64,000 bases of DNA from an uncultured Chloroflexia bacterium (lineage in GTDB: Bacteria > Chloroflexota > Dehalococcoidia > DSTF01 > JALHUB01): positions 139,281-203,280 of the forward strand of contig CAWJHZ010000007.1 of NCBI GenBank assembly GCA_963842845.1. Direction: 5' to 3'. Made by a program: the position numbers and the translations under genes. The notes below the pieces were generated by a model, which saw nothing but the letters and a program-made list of their open reading frames with translations, had not been told where the DNA came from and ran no database searches. Below, in pieces: positions 19,004-29,760 of the stretch (its first letter is position 1; every line of letters begins with the position of its first letter).

Positions 19004-20422
19004 ATGACGCATAAACAAGACTTCAGGGGCAAGCGGGTGACGGTGGTGGGGCTAGGCATCGAGGGCGTTGACTTGGCGCGCTACTTGGTGGGCAAGGGTG
19101 CGACCGTCACGATCAGCGACGCCCGTCCGGCGGAGCGGCTGTCGCAGCGTCTGCGGGAGCTGGACGGGCTGCCGGTGCGCCTCTCTCTCGGAAAGAACGA
19201 CCCGGCGGACACGATTGCGGCGGACCACGTCTTCGTCTCGCAGGGGGTGCCCATGGACATTCCGGCTGTGTCGACGGCGCGGGCGCGAGGCATCCCGCTG
19301 GACTCGATGATGCGGCTGTTCCTGGAGCTTTGCCCGGGGCCGGTCGTCGGCATCACGGGGAGCAGCGGCAAGAGCACCACGACGAGTCTGGTCGGCGCGA
19401 TGTTCGCGGCGGCGGGCAAACAACACGTGGTAGGCGGGAACATCGGCGTCGGCCTGCTGTCGCTTCTCGACGAGCTTACGCCGGAGACTTGGGTCGTGCT
19501 GGAGATCAGCCACACGCAACTCGAGCTGACGACGAAGAGTCCGCACCTGGCCTGCGTCCTCAACGTGACGCCGAACCACCTAGACCGCTACTCCTGGGAG
19601 AGCTACGTGGACCTCAAGCGCAACATCCTGCGCTACCAATCGACGGACGATATCGCGGTGCTTGGATACGACAACGCGGTGTCGCGGGCGCTGGCGTCGG
19701 AGACGCGCGGGAAGGTGGTCTTCTTCAGCGACGGCGCGGACCTGCCCGGCCCGGCGGCGCTGGTCGTCGACGAGGCGGTAGTGTGGCGCGAAGGCGGGGC
19801 GGACAAGCAGGTTATGCCGGTGGCGGAGATTCCATTGCGCGGGCGGCACAACGTGGCGAACGTCCTGGCCGCGACGGCGGTGGCGTCGGCCTGCGGCATC
19901 GGCGTCGAAGCGATAGTTGCGGCGGTGCGCGAGTTCAAGGCTGTGCCTCATCGCCTCGAGTACGTCGCCACCATCGACGGCGTCGCCTATTACAACGACA
20001 GCATAGCGACGACGCCGGAACGGACGCTGGCCGGGATGCGGTCATTCTCGGAGCCGCTGGTGCTGCTTCTGGGAGGTCGCGAGAAGAAGCTCCCGCTCCA
20101 TGAGATGGCGTCGGAGGCGTGCGAGCGCTGTCGCGCGATTGTGGTGTTCGGCGAGGCGAGAGAGACGCTTGTCGCGGCCGCCCTGGCGGCGAGCGACGCC
20201 GTTGGGTCGAAAAAGCGACCTGCCATCGTGGACGTCGAATCGCTTGCCGACGCCGTGTTGGCCGCCAGGGCGGCCGCGCGACCCGGCGACGTGGTGCTGC
20301 TTTCGCCGGCCTGCACCAGCTTCGATGCTTATGACAACTTCGAGGAGCGCGGGGAGCACTTCCGTCGCCTCGTCCTGGAGATGGCGCGTCGAGAAGGAGG
20401 GACCCACCATAGCGACGTCTGA
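19004..20422 (+). CDS. murD: UDP-N-acetylmuramoylalanine--D-glutamate ligase MurD
   Basis: A Mur ligase with the GITGSSGKSTTTS P-loop and an N-terminal Rossmann-like domain. Confidence 0.9.
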   Translation: MTHKQDFRGKRVTVVGLGIEGVDLARYLVGKGATVTISDARPAERLSQRLRELDGLPVRLSLGKNDPADTIAADHVFVSQGVPMDIPAVSTARARGIPLDSMMRLFLELCPGPVVGITGSSGKSTTTSLVGAMFAAAGKQHVVGGNIGVGLLSLLDELTPETWVVLEISHTQLELTTKSPHLACVLNVTPNHLDRYSWESYVDLKRNILRYQSTDDIAVLGYDNAVSRALASETRGKVVFFSDGADLPGPAALVVDEAVVWREGGADKQVMPVAEIPLRGRHNVANVLAATAVASACGIGVEAIVAAVREFKAVPHRLEYVATIDGVAYYNDSIATTPERTLAGMRSFSEPLVLLLGGREKKLPLHEMASEACERCRAIVVFGEARETLVAAALAASDAVGSKKRPAIVDVESLADAVLAARAAARPGDVVLLSPACTSFDAYDNFEERGEHFRRLVLEMARREGGTHHSDV

Positions 20423-20462
20423 GACGACCCGCGTCCGGCCGGGACCGCCCGATGCCGTCATC

Positions 20463-21599
20463 GTGACGCTCGTAGTCATGCTCGTGACCGTCGGGCTACT
20501 TGCCGTCTACAGCGCCAGCTTCGCGCTCGGCAGCCTGCAGTACGGCAGCCCGTACTACTTCGTGGCGCGGCAGGCGATGTGGGCGGTCGTCGGCGCGGGC
20601 CTGCTCGTCTTCATGATGCGCTTCGACTACCACCGTCTGCGCGCGATGAGCCCGCTGCTCATGTTCGGCGCGCTGGTCGGTCTGACCGCGGTGCTGGCGC
20701 CGGGCATCGGCGTGAACCACAACGGCGCCAGTCGCTGGATTGCGATGGGGCCGCTTCCGCCCGTCCAGCCGAGCGAGTTCGCCAAGCTGGCGCTGATCAT
20801 CTACGTCTCGGCGTGGCTTTCGGGGAAGAGCCGCAACCTGCGCAGCTTTGCCGCGGGCTTGGTGCCGTTCGTCGTGATGGTCGGGCTCGTGGCCGGCCTC
20901 GTCATGCTGGAGCCCGACATGGGCACGACGATAATCATCGTCCTCACAACCATCACGCTCTTCTTTGTCGCCGGCGGCGCGCTGAGCCACCTGTTCGCGC
21001 TGACGTCGATCGGCGGCGTGACAGCCGGCTTCCTCGTCCTGACGGGCGGCTATCGGATGGACCGCATCTTCGCCTTCGTCTCGCCGGAAGCGGATCCCGC
21101 GGGCAAAGGGTTCCACATCCTGCAACTGCTCATCGCCCTGGGCAGCGGCGGCGTGACCGGGCTGGGCATCGGGGCCAGCCGTCAGAAGTTCTTCTATGTC
21201 CCCGGTGCGCACACCGACGGCATCTTCGCCATCATCGGCGAGGAGATGGGGTTCATCGGCGCCATGGCCGTCATCCTGCTCTTCGCTCTGCTGATATACC
21301 GGGGGATTCGCATAATGCTCAACGCGCAGGACAACTTCGGCTCGCTGCTGGCGCTCGGCGTGACGAGCTGGATTGCCTACCAGGCGATCATCAACATCGG
21401 CGGCATCACGCGGACCATGCCGCTCACCGGCATCCCGCTGCCGTTCCTGAGCTACGGCGGCTCCGCGCTGGCGGCGACGCTGGCGGCGGTAGGCATATTG
21501 CTCAACATTTCGCGCTATTCGAAAGCACGCGCTCCCGTCAAAGAACGCCGGCCCGTCGCGAAAGCGGTGCGACGCCGGATTCGAGAGGAAGGAACTTGA
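20463..21599 (+). CDS. ftsW: Lipid II flippase / SEDS peptidoglycan polymerase FtsW
   Basis: A SEDS-family 10-TM protein (PSEFAKLALIIY, GIPLPFLSYGGSA). The ORF track extends the frame back to 20100 across murD. The probable start is the GTG at 20463 or the ATG at 20478. Confidence 0.85.
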   Translation: MTLVVMLVTVGLLAVYSASFALGSLQYGSPYYFVARQAMWAVVGAGLLVFMMRFDYHRLRAMSPLLMFGALVGLTAVLAPGIGVNHNGASRWIAMGPLPPVQPSEFAKLALIIYVSAWLSGKSRNLRSFAAGLVPFVVMVGLVAGLVMLEPDMGTTIIIVLTTITLFFVAGGALSHLFALTSIGGVTAGFLVLTGGYRMDRIFAFVSPEADPAGKGFHILQLLIALGSGGVTGLGIGASRQKFFYVPGAHTDGIFAIIGEEMGFIGAMAVILLFALLIYRGIRIMLNAQDNFGSLLALGVTSWIAYQAIINIGGITRTMPLTGIPLPFLSYGGSALAATLAAVGILLNISRYSKARAPVKERRPVAKAVRRRIREEGT

Positions 21600-21601
21600 G
21601 A

Positions 21602-22687
21602 GTGGCTCTCTCCGGCGGCGGCACAGCAGGCCACGTCTACCCCTGTCTGGCGGTGGCATCCGCCCTGCGAGAGCAACTCTCCTCTCACGGGGAGGAGCTT
21701 GCGCTGCTGTACCTGGGCATTCGCGGCCGCGTCGATGAGCAGTTGCTGGCGGGAGAAGGCATCGAGTTCGCACCGGTGCGGGCGAGCGCCCTGCGGGTGC
21801 GTTCTCCGTTGCGCTTTGCCGGCGGCCTTGTCGACCTGGCGCTCGGGACCTGGCAGGCACGACCCCTGTTGCGCCGCTTCCAGCCGCAGGCCGTCTTCGC
21901 GACCGGCGGCTACGCCAGCGCTCCCGTCGCCCTCGCCGCGCGCAGCCTGGGACGGCCGCTGCTGGTCTATCTGCCGGACGTCCGACCCGGCTGGGCGGTG
22001 CGCATGATGGCGCGCCTGGCGACCCGCGTGGCGGTGACGGTGGAGGGCTCGCTGCCCTACTTCCCGCTGCGAAAGGCGCTCGTGACCGGCTATCCCGCCC
22101 GACCGGACTTCGCGACGGCGACACGCCAGGAAGCACAGCGGCGCCTGGGCCTGGAGCCGGCGACGAGGACGCTGCTGGTAAGCGGCGGCAGCCTGGGCGC
22201 GCGCTCGATCAACAAGGCGGTCGCCGATAACCTGCCGTCTTTGCTGGAATTATGTCAAATCATACATCTGTCCGGCGCTGCGGATTTCGACTGGCTGAAA
22301 CAGCGTCGCGACGCCCTGCCGGACGAGCTGCGGAGCCGGCATCACCTGCACGCCTACCTGCCGGAGATGCCCTGGGCGGTGGCCGCCGCGGACCTCGCGC
22401 TCATGCGCGCCGGCGCCAGCACCCTGGGCGAGCTCCCGCTGGCCGGCCTACCGGCGGTCCTCGTGCCGGGCGCTTTTTCGGACCAGGCAGAAAACGCGCG
22501 CTTCCTGAGCGAACGCGGGGCGGCGCTGGCCTTTCCGGACGAGCGGGTTAGCGAGGCCGTCGAAGCGGCGAAGGCGTTGCTCCAGGATGACGAGCAACTG
22601 AAGGCGATGTCGAACGCGATGCGGGCGCTGGCCCGGCCGGACGCGGCGGACCGAATCGCCGGCATGCTGATGGAAATAGCGGCATAA
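21602..22687 (+). CDS. murG: UDP-GlcNAc:undecaprenyl-PP-MurNAc-pentapeptide GlcNAc transferase MurG
   Basis: VALSGGGTAGHVYPCLAVA is the N-terminal G-loop of MurG (GT28). The GTG start at 21602 is preceded by GAGGAAGGAA. Confidence 0.85.
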   Translation: MALSGGGTAGHVYPCLAVASALREQLSSHGEELALLYLGIRGRVDEQLLAGEGIEFAPVRASALRVRSPLRFAGGLVDLALGTWQARPLLRRFQPQAVFATGGYASAPVALAARSLGRPLLVYLPDVRPGWAVRMMARLATRVAVTVEGSLPYFPLRKALVTGYPARPDFATATRQEAQRRLGLEPATRTLLVSGGSLGARSINKAVADNLPSLLELCQIIHLSGAADFDWLKQRRDALPDELRSRHHLHAYLPEMPWAVAAADLALMRAGASTLGELPLAGLPAVLVPGAFSDQAENARFLSERGAALAFPDERVSEAVEAAKALLQDDEQLKAMSNAMRALARPDAADRIAGMLMEIAA

Positions 22688-22689
22688 GA

Positions 22690-24123
22690 ATGACGACGAT
22701 GACGCAGGAAGAGAAGAGCGCCAAGACGATACCGCAGCGGGTGCACCTCGTCGGCATCGGCGGCGTGCACATGTCCGCGATTGCGCACATCCTGATGGCC
22801 TGGGGCCACGACGTCAGCGGCTCCGACCAGCGCCTGTCGTCGTTCACCCAGCGCCTCGTCAAGCACGGCGCGAAGGTATCTCAAGGTCACGACGCGTCGA
22901 ACGTCGACGACGCGGGGCTGGTCGTCATCACCTCCGCGGCAACGAAAGACAATCCGGAGATAGTCGAGGCGCGGCGTCGCGGCATCCCGGTCATCAAGCG
23001 CGCGGACATGGTCGCGCGGCTAATGGAAGGGCACCGTTCGATAGCGGTGGCGGGAACGCACGGCAAGACGACCACCTCCGCGCTCATCGCTTTCATGCTC
23101 GTTGAAGCCGGCCTCTCGCCGACGTTCCTTGTCGGCGGCGACATCGTCAACCTGGGCACGAACGCGGCCGCCGGAGAGGGCGAGCACGTCGTCGTCGAGG
23201 CGGACGAGTTCGACGCCGCCTTCCTCAGCTATGAGCCGGACATTGCCGTCGTCACGAACGTCGAGGCCGACCATCTGGATATCTACGGCTCGTTCGACAA
23301 CCTGGTCGGCGCCTTCGCCCAGTTCCTCAAGCAGGTGCCGCCGGACGGCCTGATCATCGCCTGTGCCGACGACGACGTCGTCGCCGAGCTGCTGGGACGC
23401 GGCAAGGGCCCCGCGATCCCCCTTCAGACGCAGCGCGTGGAGCTATATGGCCTGGACACGCCCGTCGACTGGGTGGTCAGCCACCGGGGGAAGCTGAAAG
23501 ACGGCGGCCAGGAGTTCTATGTGGGGCTAAACGGCCGGCCGTACGGCGAGTTCCGCATCGGCCTGCCGGGGCGACACAACGTGAGCAACGCGCTGGCGGC
23601 GATAGCCGTCGGGCACCACGTCGGCGTGCCGCTAGAGGCGATGAAGAAGGCGCTGGCGGAGTTCCGCGGCGCCGGCCGTCGATTCGAGTTTGTCGGCGAG
23701 GCCCGCGGCGTGACGGTGATGGACGACTACGCGCACCATCCGACGGAGCTTTGCGCGACCATCGCGGCGGCGCAGGAACGCTTCGCTGGGCGACGGCTGG
23801 TCGCCGTGTTCCAGCCGCACACCTACAGTCGCACGCTCTATCTCCTCGAAGGGTTTCGCACCTGCTTCGAGGGGCTCGATGATCTCCTGGTGCTCGAGAC
23901 GTACGCGGCGCGGGAGCCAGTGGCCGCCGGCATGAACGCCGAAGAGCTGGCGCGGCAGATCGCCCGTCCCACGACGCGCTTCGTCGCGACGTTTGCAGAC
24001 GCGGCGGCGGCGGCGCTTGAGATGCTGCGGCCCGGCGACGTGTTCTTCACGCTGGGCGCGGGCGACGTGAACGAGGTTGGACCGCTGGTCCTGAAGGGAC
24101 TACGCAAATGGAAGGCGTCATGA
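22690..24123 (+). CDS. murC: UDP-N-acetylmuramate--L-alanine ligase MurC
   Basis: VHLVGIGGVHMSAIAHIL...GTHGKTTTSALIA matches MurC. Confidence 0.9.
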   Translation: MTTMTQEEKSAKTIPQRVHLVGIGGVHMSAIAHILMAWGHDVSGSDQRLSSFTQRLVKHGAKVSQGHDASNVDDAGLVVITSAATKDNPEIVEARRRGIPVIKRADMVARLMEGHRSIAVAGTHGKTTTSALIAFMLVEAGLSPTFLVGGDIVNLGTNAAAGEGEHVVVEADEFDAAFLSYEPDIAVVTNVEADHLDIYGSFDNLVGAFAQFLKQVPPDGLIIACADDDVVAELLGRGKGPAIPLQTQRVELYGLDTPVDWVVSHRGKLKDGGQEFYVGLNGRPYGEFRIGLPGRHNVSNALAAIAVGHHVGVPLEAMKKALAEFRGAGRRFEFVGEARGVTVMDDYAHHPTELCATIAAAQERFAGRRLVAVFQPHTYSRTLYLLEGFRTCFEGLDDLLVLETYAAREPVAAGMNAEELARQIARPTTRFVATFADAAAAALEMLRPGDVFFTLGAGDVNEVGPLVLKGLRKWKAS

Positions 24124-25055
24124 CAGGCGTGAACGAGAGTCTGGTCGAAGAGCTGCGGAAGGCCGGCGGCGTGCGGCTGAACGAGCCGATCTCGCGCCAC
24201 ACGACGTTCGGGATCGGCGGTCCGGCGGACATCTACACCATCGCCGATGATGCGATGCAGCTAAAGACGATGGTCACCCTTTGCGGCAGCCACGACGAGC
24301 CGTTCTTCATCCTCGGAGCGGGCAGCAACATCCTCGTCAGCGACAAGGGTATCCGCAGCGTGACCATCGAGAACCGGGCGCGGGCGCTGGAAGGCCCGCT
24401 GGCGGAGGAGGACGGGCATGCCATCTTCCGCGTCGGATCGGGCGCCAGCCTGGCGGCGACGGCGCGGGAGCTTTCCCATCGCGGTTTCGCCGGGCTGGAG
24501 TGGGCCGGCGGCATTCCCGGCACGATCGGCGGCGCGGTGGTCTACAACGCCAGCGCCTACGACGGCAGCGTAGCGGGGATCCTGCAGGGCGTCGGGATGC
24601 TTAGCCGCGACGGTCTGGAGTACGAACTGGCCGTTGGTGAGTTGGGTCTGGGCTATCGGGAGAGCGCCTTCACCCGCAAGCTGTTCACCGGCCACGTGAT
24701 CCTCCGCGCCAGCCTGCTGCTCCACCAGGCGGACGCCGGCGACCTTTCGGAGCGGATGGAGGAGCTGGACAGAAACCGGCAGGCTGCGCAGCCGCGCGGG
24801 CGAAGCGCCGGCTCCATCTTCAAGAACACACGCGAGTACCCCGCCTGGTGGCTCATTGACCAGGTCGGGCTCCGAGGCTATCGCATCGGCGACGCGGAGT
24901 TTTCGACCAAGCACCCGAACTTCATCGTCAACATCGGCCGGGCTACGGCCATGGATGTCCGGCGGCTCATGGAGCTGGCGGAGCAGCGGGTAGCGGACGA
25001 GTTCTCGATCAAGCTGCTGCCGGAGGTGGCGCTGGTTGGAGAGGACCTTACGTGA
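24108..25055 (+). CDS. murB: UDP-N-acetylenolpyruvoylglucosamine reductase MurB
   Basis: FAD-binding PCMH-type MurB (TTFGIGGPAD ... ILGAGSNILVSD). Confidence 0.85.
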   Translation: MEGVMTGVNESLVEELRKAGGVRLNEPISRHTTFGIGGPADIYTIADDAMQLKTMVTLCGSHDEPFFILGAGSNILVSDKGIRSVTIENRARALEGPLAEEDGHAIFRVGSGASLAATARELSHRGFAGLEWAGGIPGTIGGAVVYNASAYDGSVAGILQGVGMLSRDGLEYELAVGELGLGYRESAFTRKLFTGHVILRASLLLHQADAGDLSERMEELDRNRQAAQPRGRSAGSIFKNTREYPAWWLIDQVGLRGYRIGDAEFSTKHPNFIVNIGRATAMDVRRLMELAEQRVADEFSIKLLPEVALVGEDLT

Positions 25056-26137
25056 GCGGAGCAGGCGCTCGGAAGCTCAGACTAGGCGTCATATTCGGAG
25101 GGCGCAGCGGAGAACATGAGGTGTCAGTGGTGTCGGCGCAGTACGTGATGGCGGCGGTAGACCGCAGCCGCTTCGAGGTCGTGCCCATCGGGGTGACCAA
25201 GGCCGGCGCCTGGCTGACGCCCGAGGAGACGCAGTCGCAGATGGACGCGCCGGCGGCCCCGTTCAAGAAGACGCTCGTCGACGAGGCCGAAGGACTCCTG
25301 GGACGGCCGCAGGCGCTGTCGGTGCTGACGGACATAGACGTCGCGTTTCCGCTGATCCACGGGCCCAGCGGCGAGGACGGTGCGCTGCAAGGGCTGCTGG
25401 AGCTGGCGCGCGTGCCCTATGCCGGCGCCGGAGTGGCGGCCAGCGCGGCGGGGCTGGACAAGGCGCTGATGAAGGCGCTCCTTCGCGACGCCGGGCTGCC
25501 GGTGATCGACTGGTTGGTAATGACGCGCCCGCAGTGGGCAAAGGACGCGGCAGACCTGACGCAAAGAGTCGAGGCGGAGCTCGGCTATCCCTGCTTCGTG
25601 AAGCCGGCGAACGGCGGCAGCAGCGTCGGTATAACAAAGGCCCACTCGCGCGACGAGCTGACGAGCGGCATCGCCTGGGCGTTCCGTTTCGACCGCAAGC
25701 TCATCGTCGAAAAGGGCGTGGAGCCGCGGGAGATCGAGTGCGCGGTGCTCGGCAACGACGAGCCGGAGGCGTCGCCGCTTGGCGAGATCATCTGCGGCCG
25801 CGAGTTCTATGACTACGAGGCGAAGTACCTCGATTCGTCGACGACGCTGTCGATACCGGCGAAGTTGGCGCGCGACAGGTCGTCGCGAATTCGGGCGCTG
25901 GCCCTCGACGCCTACCGCGCCATCGACTGCTGCGGTATGGCGCGTATCGACTTCTTCCTCACGCCGCAGGGCGAAGTTTTCGTCGATGAGCTGAACACTA
26001 TTCCGGGATTCACGCCGGGCAGCATGTACCCGCGGCTCTGGCAGGTTGCCGGACTCTCGTACTCCGAGCTGATAAGCCGCCTCGTCGATCTGGGACTGGA
26101 GCGATTCGAGGAGAGGGAGCGCCTTGCGCAAGGATAG
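25052..26137 (+). CDS. ddl: D-alanine--D-alanine ligase
   Basis: ATP-grasp Ddl (VIFGGRSGEHEVSVVSA ... PCFVKPANGGSSVGI). Confidence 0.9.
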   Translation: MSGAGARKLRLGVIFGGRSGEHEVSVVSAQYVMAAVDRSRFEVVPIGVTKAGAWLTPEETQSQMDAPAAPFKKTLVDEAEGLLGRPQALSVLTDIDVAFPLIHGPSGEDGALQGLLELARVPYAGAGVAASAAGLDKALMKALLRDAGLPVIDWLVMTRPQWAKDAADLTQRVEAELGYPCFVKPANGGSSVGITKAHSRDELTSGIAWAFRFDRKLIVEKGVEPREIECAVLGNDEPEASPLGEIICGREFYDYEAKYLDSSTTLSIPAKLARDRSSRIRALALDAYRAIDCCGMARIDFFLTPQGEVFVDELNTIPGFTPGSMYPRLWQVAGLSYSELISRLVDLGLERFEERERLAQG

Positions 26138-26885
26138 TCGCAGGCAGATACAGCGCCGGGATGCGCCGCGGCTCGGGGAGCGAATCAAGCGCGGTTTGAA
26201 GCGCCTGACGCTGCTGGGCGTGCTCGTCGGGATTTTGGGCGCCGGCTGGCTGGTCTACCAATCGCCTTTGTTCCAGATCAGGACCGTCTCCGTAAGCGGC
26301 GCGGAGACGCTGGACCCGGCGATGCTGGCGAGCGTCTCCGGCCTCAAGGGCCAGAACATCCTCCAGGTGAACACGGAAGCGGCGAAGCAGCGCCTGCTGG
26401 CCCTGCCGATGGTGGCGGACGTGTCGGTGCAGAAGAAGTGGCCGGGCAAGATGGTAGTAAATGTAACGGAGCGGCACGCCTGGGGCTACTGGCAGATCAA
26501 GGACCAGACGTACGTGATCGACGACCAGGGCGTGGTCCTCGATGACGTGCGCCCGGACGACGGCGCGCCGACGATCGTCGAAATAGACAGCGAGCGACGG
26601 TTGGCCCCCGGCGACCAGGTGGATGCCGACGCCGTCGCGCTCTCGAAGCAGCTTATCGATGAGGCGCCGAGCGCGCTGCAGCGAAACGTCGCCGGCCTGG
26701 AATACAGCGATCACAGCGGCCTCACGGTCTCGTTCGACGGTGGCCTGCGGGCGACCTTCGGAGACAGCCGCGATCTCGATTACAAGCTGAGCGTCCTTTA
26801 CGTGCTGCTGGACAAGGCGCAAACGCAGGGACTGGCCGTCAACAGCGTCGACCTGCGCTTCGGCGAAACAGTCTCGTTCCAGTAG
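26124..26885 (+). CDS. ftsQ: Cell division protein FtsQ/DivIB (POTRA domain)
   Basis: A bitopic protein with a TM helix (TLLGVLVGILGAGWLVY) followed by POTRA-like and FtsQ beta-domain regions. It is positioned between ddl and ftsA. Confidence 0.75.
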   Translation: MRKDSRRQIQRRDAPRLGERIKRGLKRLTLLGVLVGILGAGWLVYQSPLFQIRTVSVSGAETLDPAMLASVSGLKGQNILQVNTEAAKQRLLALPMVADVSVQKKWPGKMVVNVTERHAWGYWQIKDQTYVIDDQGVVLDDVRPDDGAPTIVEIDSERRLAPGDQVDADAVALSKQLIDEAPSALQRNVAGLEYSDHSGLTVSFDGGLRATFGDSRDLDYKLSVLYVLLDKAQTQGLAVNSVDLRFGETVSFQ

Positions 26886-26942
26886 TGGCATCCAAGAGGG
26901 GGCGATATCGCGAGAGGCGCGCCCAGGGAAGGAGGAACCAAG

Positions 26943-28184
26943 ATGAGAGCGGACACCTTCGCCTCAGTTGACGTTGGCACAACGAAGGTCTGCACCGCCG
27001 TCGCAGAAGTCGGTGACGAGGGGGCGATTCGCATTCTCGGCGTCGGCGTCGCGCTGGCCGGCGGCTTCAGTCGGGGCATGGTGGACAACATCGCCGAGGC
27101 CACACAATCCATCCGCGACTCCGTCGACAAGGCGGAGCGCTCCAGTGGCACGCGCATCCTCTCCGCGCACGTCGGCATCACCGGCTCGCACATCCAATCG
27201 TTGAACAACCGCGGCATCGCCGCCATCGCCGACCGCAACCATCCTATCGGCAGCGAGGACGTGGAACGCGTGCTGGAAGGCGCGCGCGTCATCAACATCC
27301 CATCGAACCGCGAGGTGCTGCACGCCGTGCCGCGCTACTACGTCGTCGACGGGCAAGACAGCGTGAGCGACCCGCTCGGAATGCACGGCCAGCGCCTGGA
27401 CGTTGAGACGCACATCGTCACCGCCTCGACGAGCGCGATGCAAAACCTGACGAAATGCGTCGAGGGCGCCGGCGTCGAAGTGGAAAGCCTGATCCTGGAG
27501 CCGCTCGCCAGCGGCGAGGCGGTGCTGGAGGAGGAGGAGCGCAAGCAGGGCGTCATCGTCGTCGATATCGGCGGCGGAACGACGGGAATAGCCGTCTACC
27601 TGGACGGGAGCGTCTTTCACACGTCGGTGCTGCCGGTGGGCGGGAACCACATAACGCGCGACCTGGTCGCCGGGCTGCGCTGCCCCTACGCCGTCGCGGA
27701 GGAGGCGAAGGCGAAGTTCGGACACGCCATCCCGAGCATGGTGGACGCCAGCGAAAGCGTCGAACTGGACTGCTTCGGTTCCGAGCGCCAGAAGAGCGTA
27801 CCGCGGCGCCGGCTATGCGAGATCATCCAGGCGCGTTGCGAGGAGATCCTGGAGATGGTGATGAGCGAGGTGAAGCGCTCCGTGCACGACGACATCCTGT
27901 CGGCGGGCGTGGTGCTGGCCGGCGGCACAGCGAAGCTGCGCGGCCTCGACGTCCTCGCCGAGCAGGTGACGGGCCTGCCGGCGCGGATCGGCGTTCCCCG
28001 CCATCTGCAGGGACTTTCGGAGACGCTGGCGGACCCTGCCTACGCTACGAGCGTCGGCCTGCTGCAGTGGGCGCTGAAGGAAAACGGCACGCTCTACGGG
28101 AGCCAGCGCCTGGGGCCGAGCCTGGCCTTGAACGGGCTGTGGCGTCGGGTGAGCCAGTGGATGCGGGTGCTCATGCCTGAGTAG
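26943..28184 (+). CDS. ftsA: Cell division protein FtsA
   Basis: Actin-like ATPase with DVGTTKVCTAVAE and VVDIGGGTTGIAVY motifs. Confidence 0.9.
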   Translation: MRADTFASVDVGTTKVCTAVAEVGDEGAIRILGVGVALAGGFSRGMVDNIAEATQSIRDSVDKAERSSGTRILSAHVGITGSHIQSLNNRGIAAIADRNHPIGSEDVERVLEGARVINIPSNREVLHAVPRYYVVDGQDSVSDPLGMHGQRLDVETHIVTASTSAMQNLTKCVEGAGVEVESLILEPLASGEAVLEEEERKQGVIVVDIGGGTTGIAVYLDGSVFHTSVLPVGGNHITRDLVAGLRCPYAVAEEAKAKFGHAIPSMVDASESVELDCFGSERQKSVPRRRLCEIIQARCEEILEMVMSEVKRSVHDDILSAGVVLAGGTAKLRGLDVLAEQVTGLPARIGVPRHLQGLSETLADPAYATSVGLLQWALKENGTLYGSQRLGPSLALNGLWRRVSQWMRVLMPE

Positions 28185-28222
28185 GCATTCGATTCGATAG
28201 GAACGAGCGAAAGGAGGCGACG

Positions 28223-29308
28223 GTGACAGCAAGAGAGGACCTGGACAAGCTCCCCCCGATAAAGGTTATGGGTGTCGGCGGCGGCGGCGGCAACGCGCTC
28301 AGCCGGATGATGGCGGAGAACATCCCCGGCGTGCAGTTGGTGGCTGTAAACACGGACTCGCAGGCGCTGGCGCACACGGATGCCCACGTCAAGATCCGCA
28401 TCGGCGACCGGCTGACGAAAGGGCTCGGCGTCGGCGGCGATCCCAACAAGGGCCTGCGCGCCGCCGAGGAAAGCCGTGAGGAGCTCTTCGACGCCGTGAA
28501 GGGCGCGGAGATGATCTTCATCACCGCCGGAATGGGCGGCGGCACCGGCACCGGCGCGTCGGCCATCGTCGGCGAAGTGGCGCGCGAGGCCGGGGCGCTG
28601 ACCATCGGCGTCGTCACCAAGCCGTTCTCCTTCGAAGGCGCAAAGCGTCGCATGCAGGCGGAGGACGGCATCGAGCACCTGCGGGACAAAGTGGACACGC
28701 TCATAGTCATACCAAACGACCGCCTCCTTGCCGTTTGCACTCCCGACGTGTCCGTTCCCGAAGCCTTCCGCGTTGGCGACGAGGTGCTCAGGCAATCGAT
28801 TCAGGGTATCTCGGAGATCATCACCATGCCCGGCGACATAAACCTCGACTTCGCCGACGTGCGCAAGATCATGGGCGAGGCCGGGCAGGCGCTGCTCGCT
28901 ATCGGGCGGGCCAGCGGCGAGAACCGCGCCGTCGAGGCCGCGCGGGCGGCGATCAGGAGCCCCCTGCTGGACACGAGCATCGAGGGCGCGAAGGGCGTGC
29001 TGTTCAACATCACCGGCTCGCGCAGCATCGGGCTGCACGAGATGAACGCCGCCGCACAGGTAATCGCGGAGGTAGTGGACCCGGACGCGGAGATAATCTT
29101 CGGCACGGCCACCGATCCGGACCTGGGCGACGAGATAAAAGTGACGGTCATCGCCACGGGGTTCCAGCCGGCGCGGATGCTGGAGCAGGGTTTGGAGGAG
29201 GCGTTGGGTCGCGAGCACAGGCTGCGGCCGCTGCGGGTGGAGAACCTGAAGAACGTGGGCGATACGGACCTGCCGACCTTCCTGCGTCGCACCGTCTCGT
29301 TGCGGTGA
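28223..29308 (+). CDS. ftsZ: Cell division GTPase FtsZ
   Basis: IKVMGVGGGGGNA and the GGTGTGA tubulin signature are present. Confidence 0.95.
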   Translation: MTAREDLDKLPPIKVMGVGGGGGNALSRMMAENIPGVQLVAVNTDSQALAHTDAHVKIRIGDRLTKGLGVGGDPNKGLRAAEESREELFDAVKGAEMIFITAGMGGGTGTGASAIVGEVAREAGALTIGVVTKPFSFEGAKRRMQAEDGIEHLRDKVDTLIVIPNDRLLAVCTPDVSVPEAFRVGDEVLRQSIQGISEIITMPGDINLDFADVRKIMGEAGQALLAIGRASGENRAVEAARAAIRSPLLDTSIEGAKGVLFNITGSRSIGLHEMNAAAQVIAEVVDPDAEIIFGTATDPDLGDEIKVTVIATGFQPARMLEQGLEEALGREHRLRPLRVENLKNVGDTDLPTFLRRTVSLR

Positions 29309-29414
29309 GACGCTAGAGGGAAATATCAAATGAAGGGAGGGTTTCTGTCTAGCCGAGCAACCACGAGCCCCGGTGGATCCGGGATTTGAAGGTTGCCTCC
29401 CGGACGAGGCAATC

Positions 29415-29461
29415 GGTCGCGGTCGGTGATAGGGAGATGCGCCGACCGCGACCATTTTTGT
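29415..29461 (+). terminator. Rho-independent terminator after ftsZ
   Basis: A 12-bp perfect stem (GGTCGCGGTCGG / CCGACCGCGACC) with a 15-nt loop, followed by ATTTTTG. Confidence 0.7.
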
Positions 29462-29760
29462 CGATGGCGAGCGGTTGATCGCCGGTGTAGGAGCGCACAG
29501 CCGCCTTCCCGCCTGCGTAGCGGTGCGCCCGCACATGTGGATACACCACCGCAGCCTGAAGGCCGCGGTATGGAGAACGCCCGCTGCGTGTCGAGCGCGC
29601 TAGGGACCGGATCCGGTTGATGCCGCGTCCTTTAGGGCGCGGTGTAGAGAAGAACTCGTCGGAGGGTCTGCACCGGAAGGTTATGTTCAGGGCCCCGCGA
29701 ACCGGCGTTTTCGGGCGTCAGAATCGCCGCGGGTTGACAGAACGCGCCGCGCAACTTGAC

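Noticed and set aside
20496-22136. A 546-aa minus-strand ORF and the 20579-22687 plus-strand alternate frame across ftsW/murG.
   Set aside because: Arg/Gly-rich translations antisense or out of frame to ftsW and murG. The murG start is resolved at GTG 21602.
28094-29536. A 480-aa minus-strand ORF opposite ftsZ.
   Set aside because: Antisense to ftsZ. Compositional artefact.
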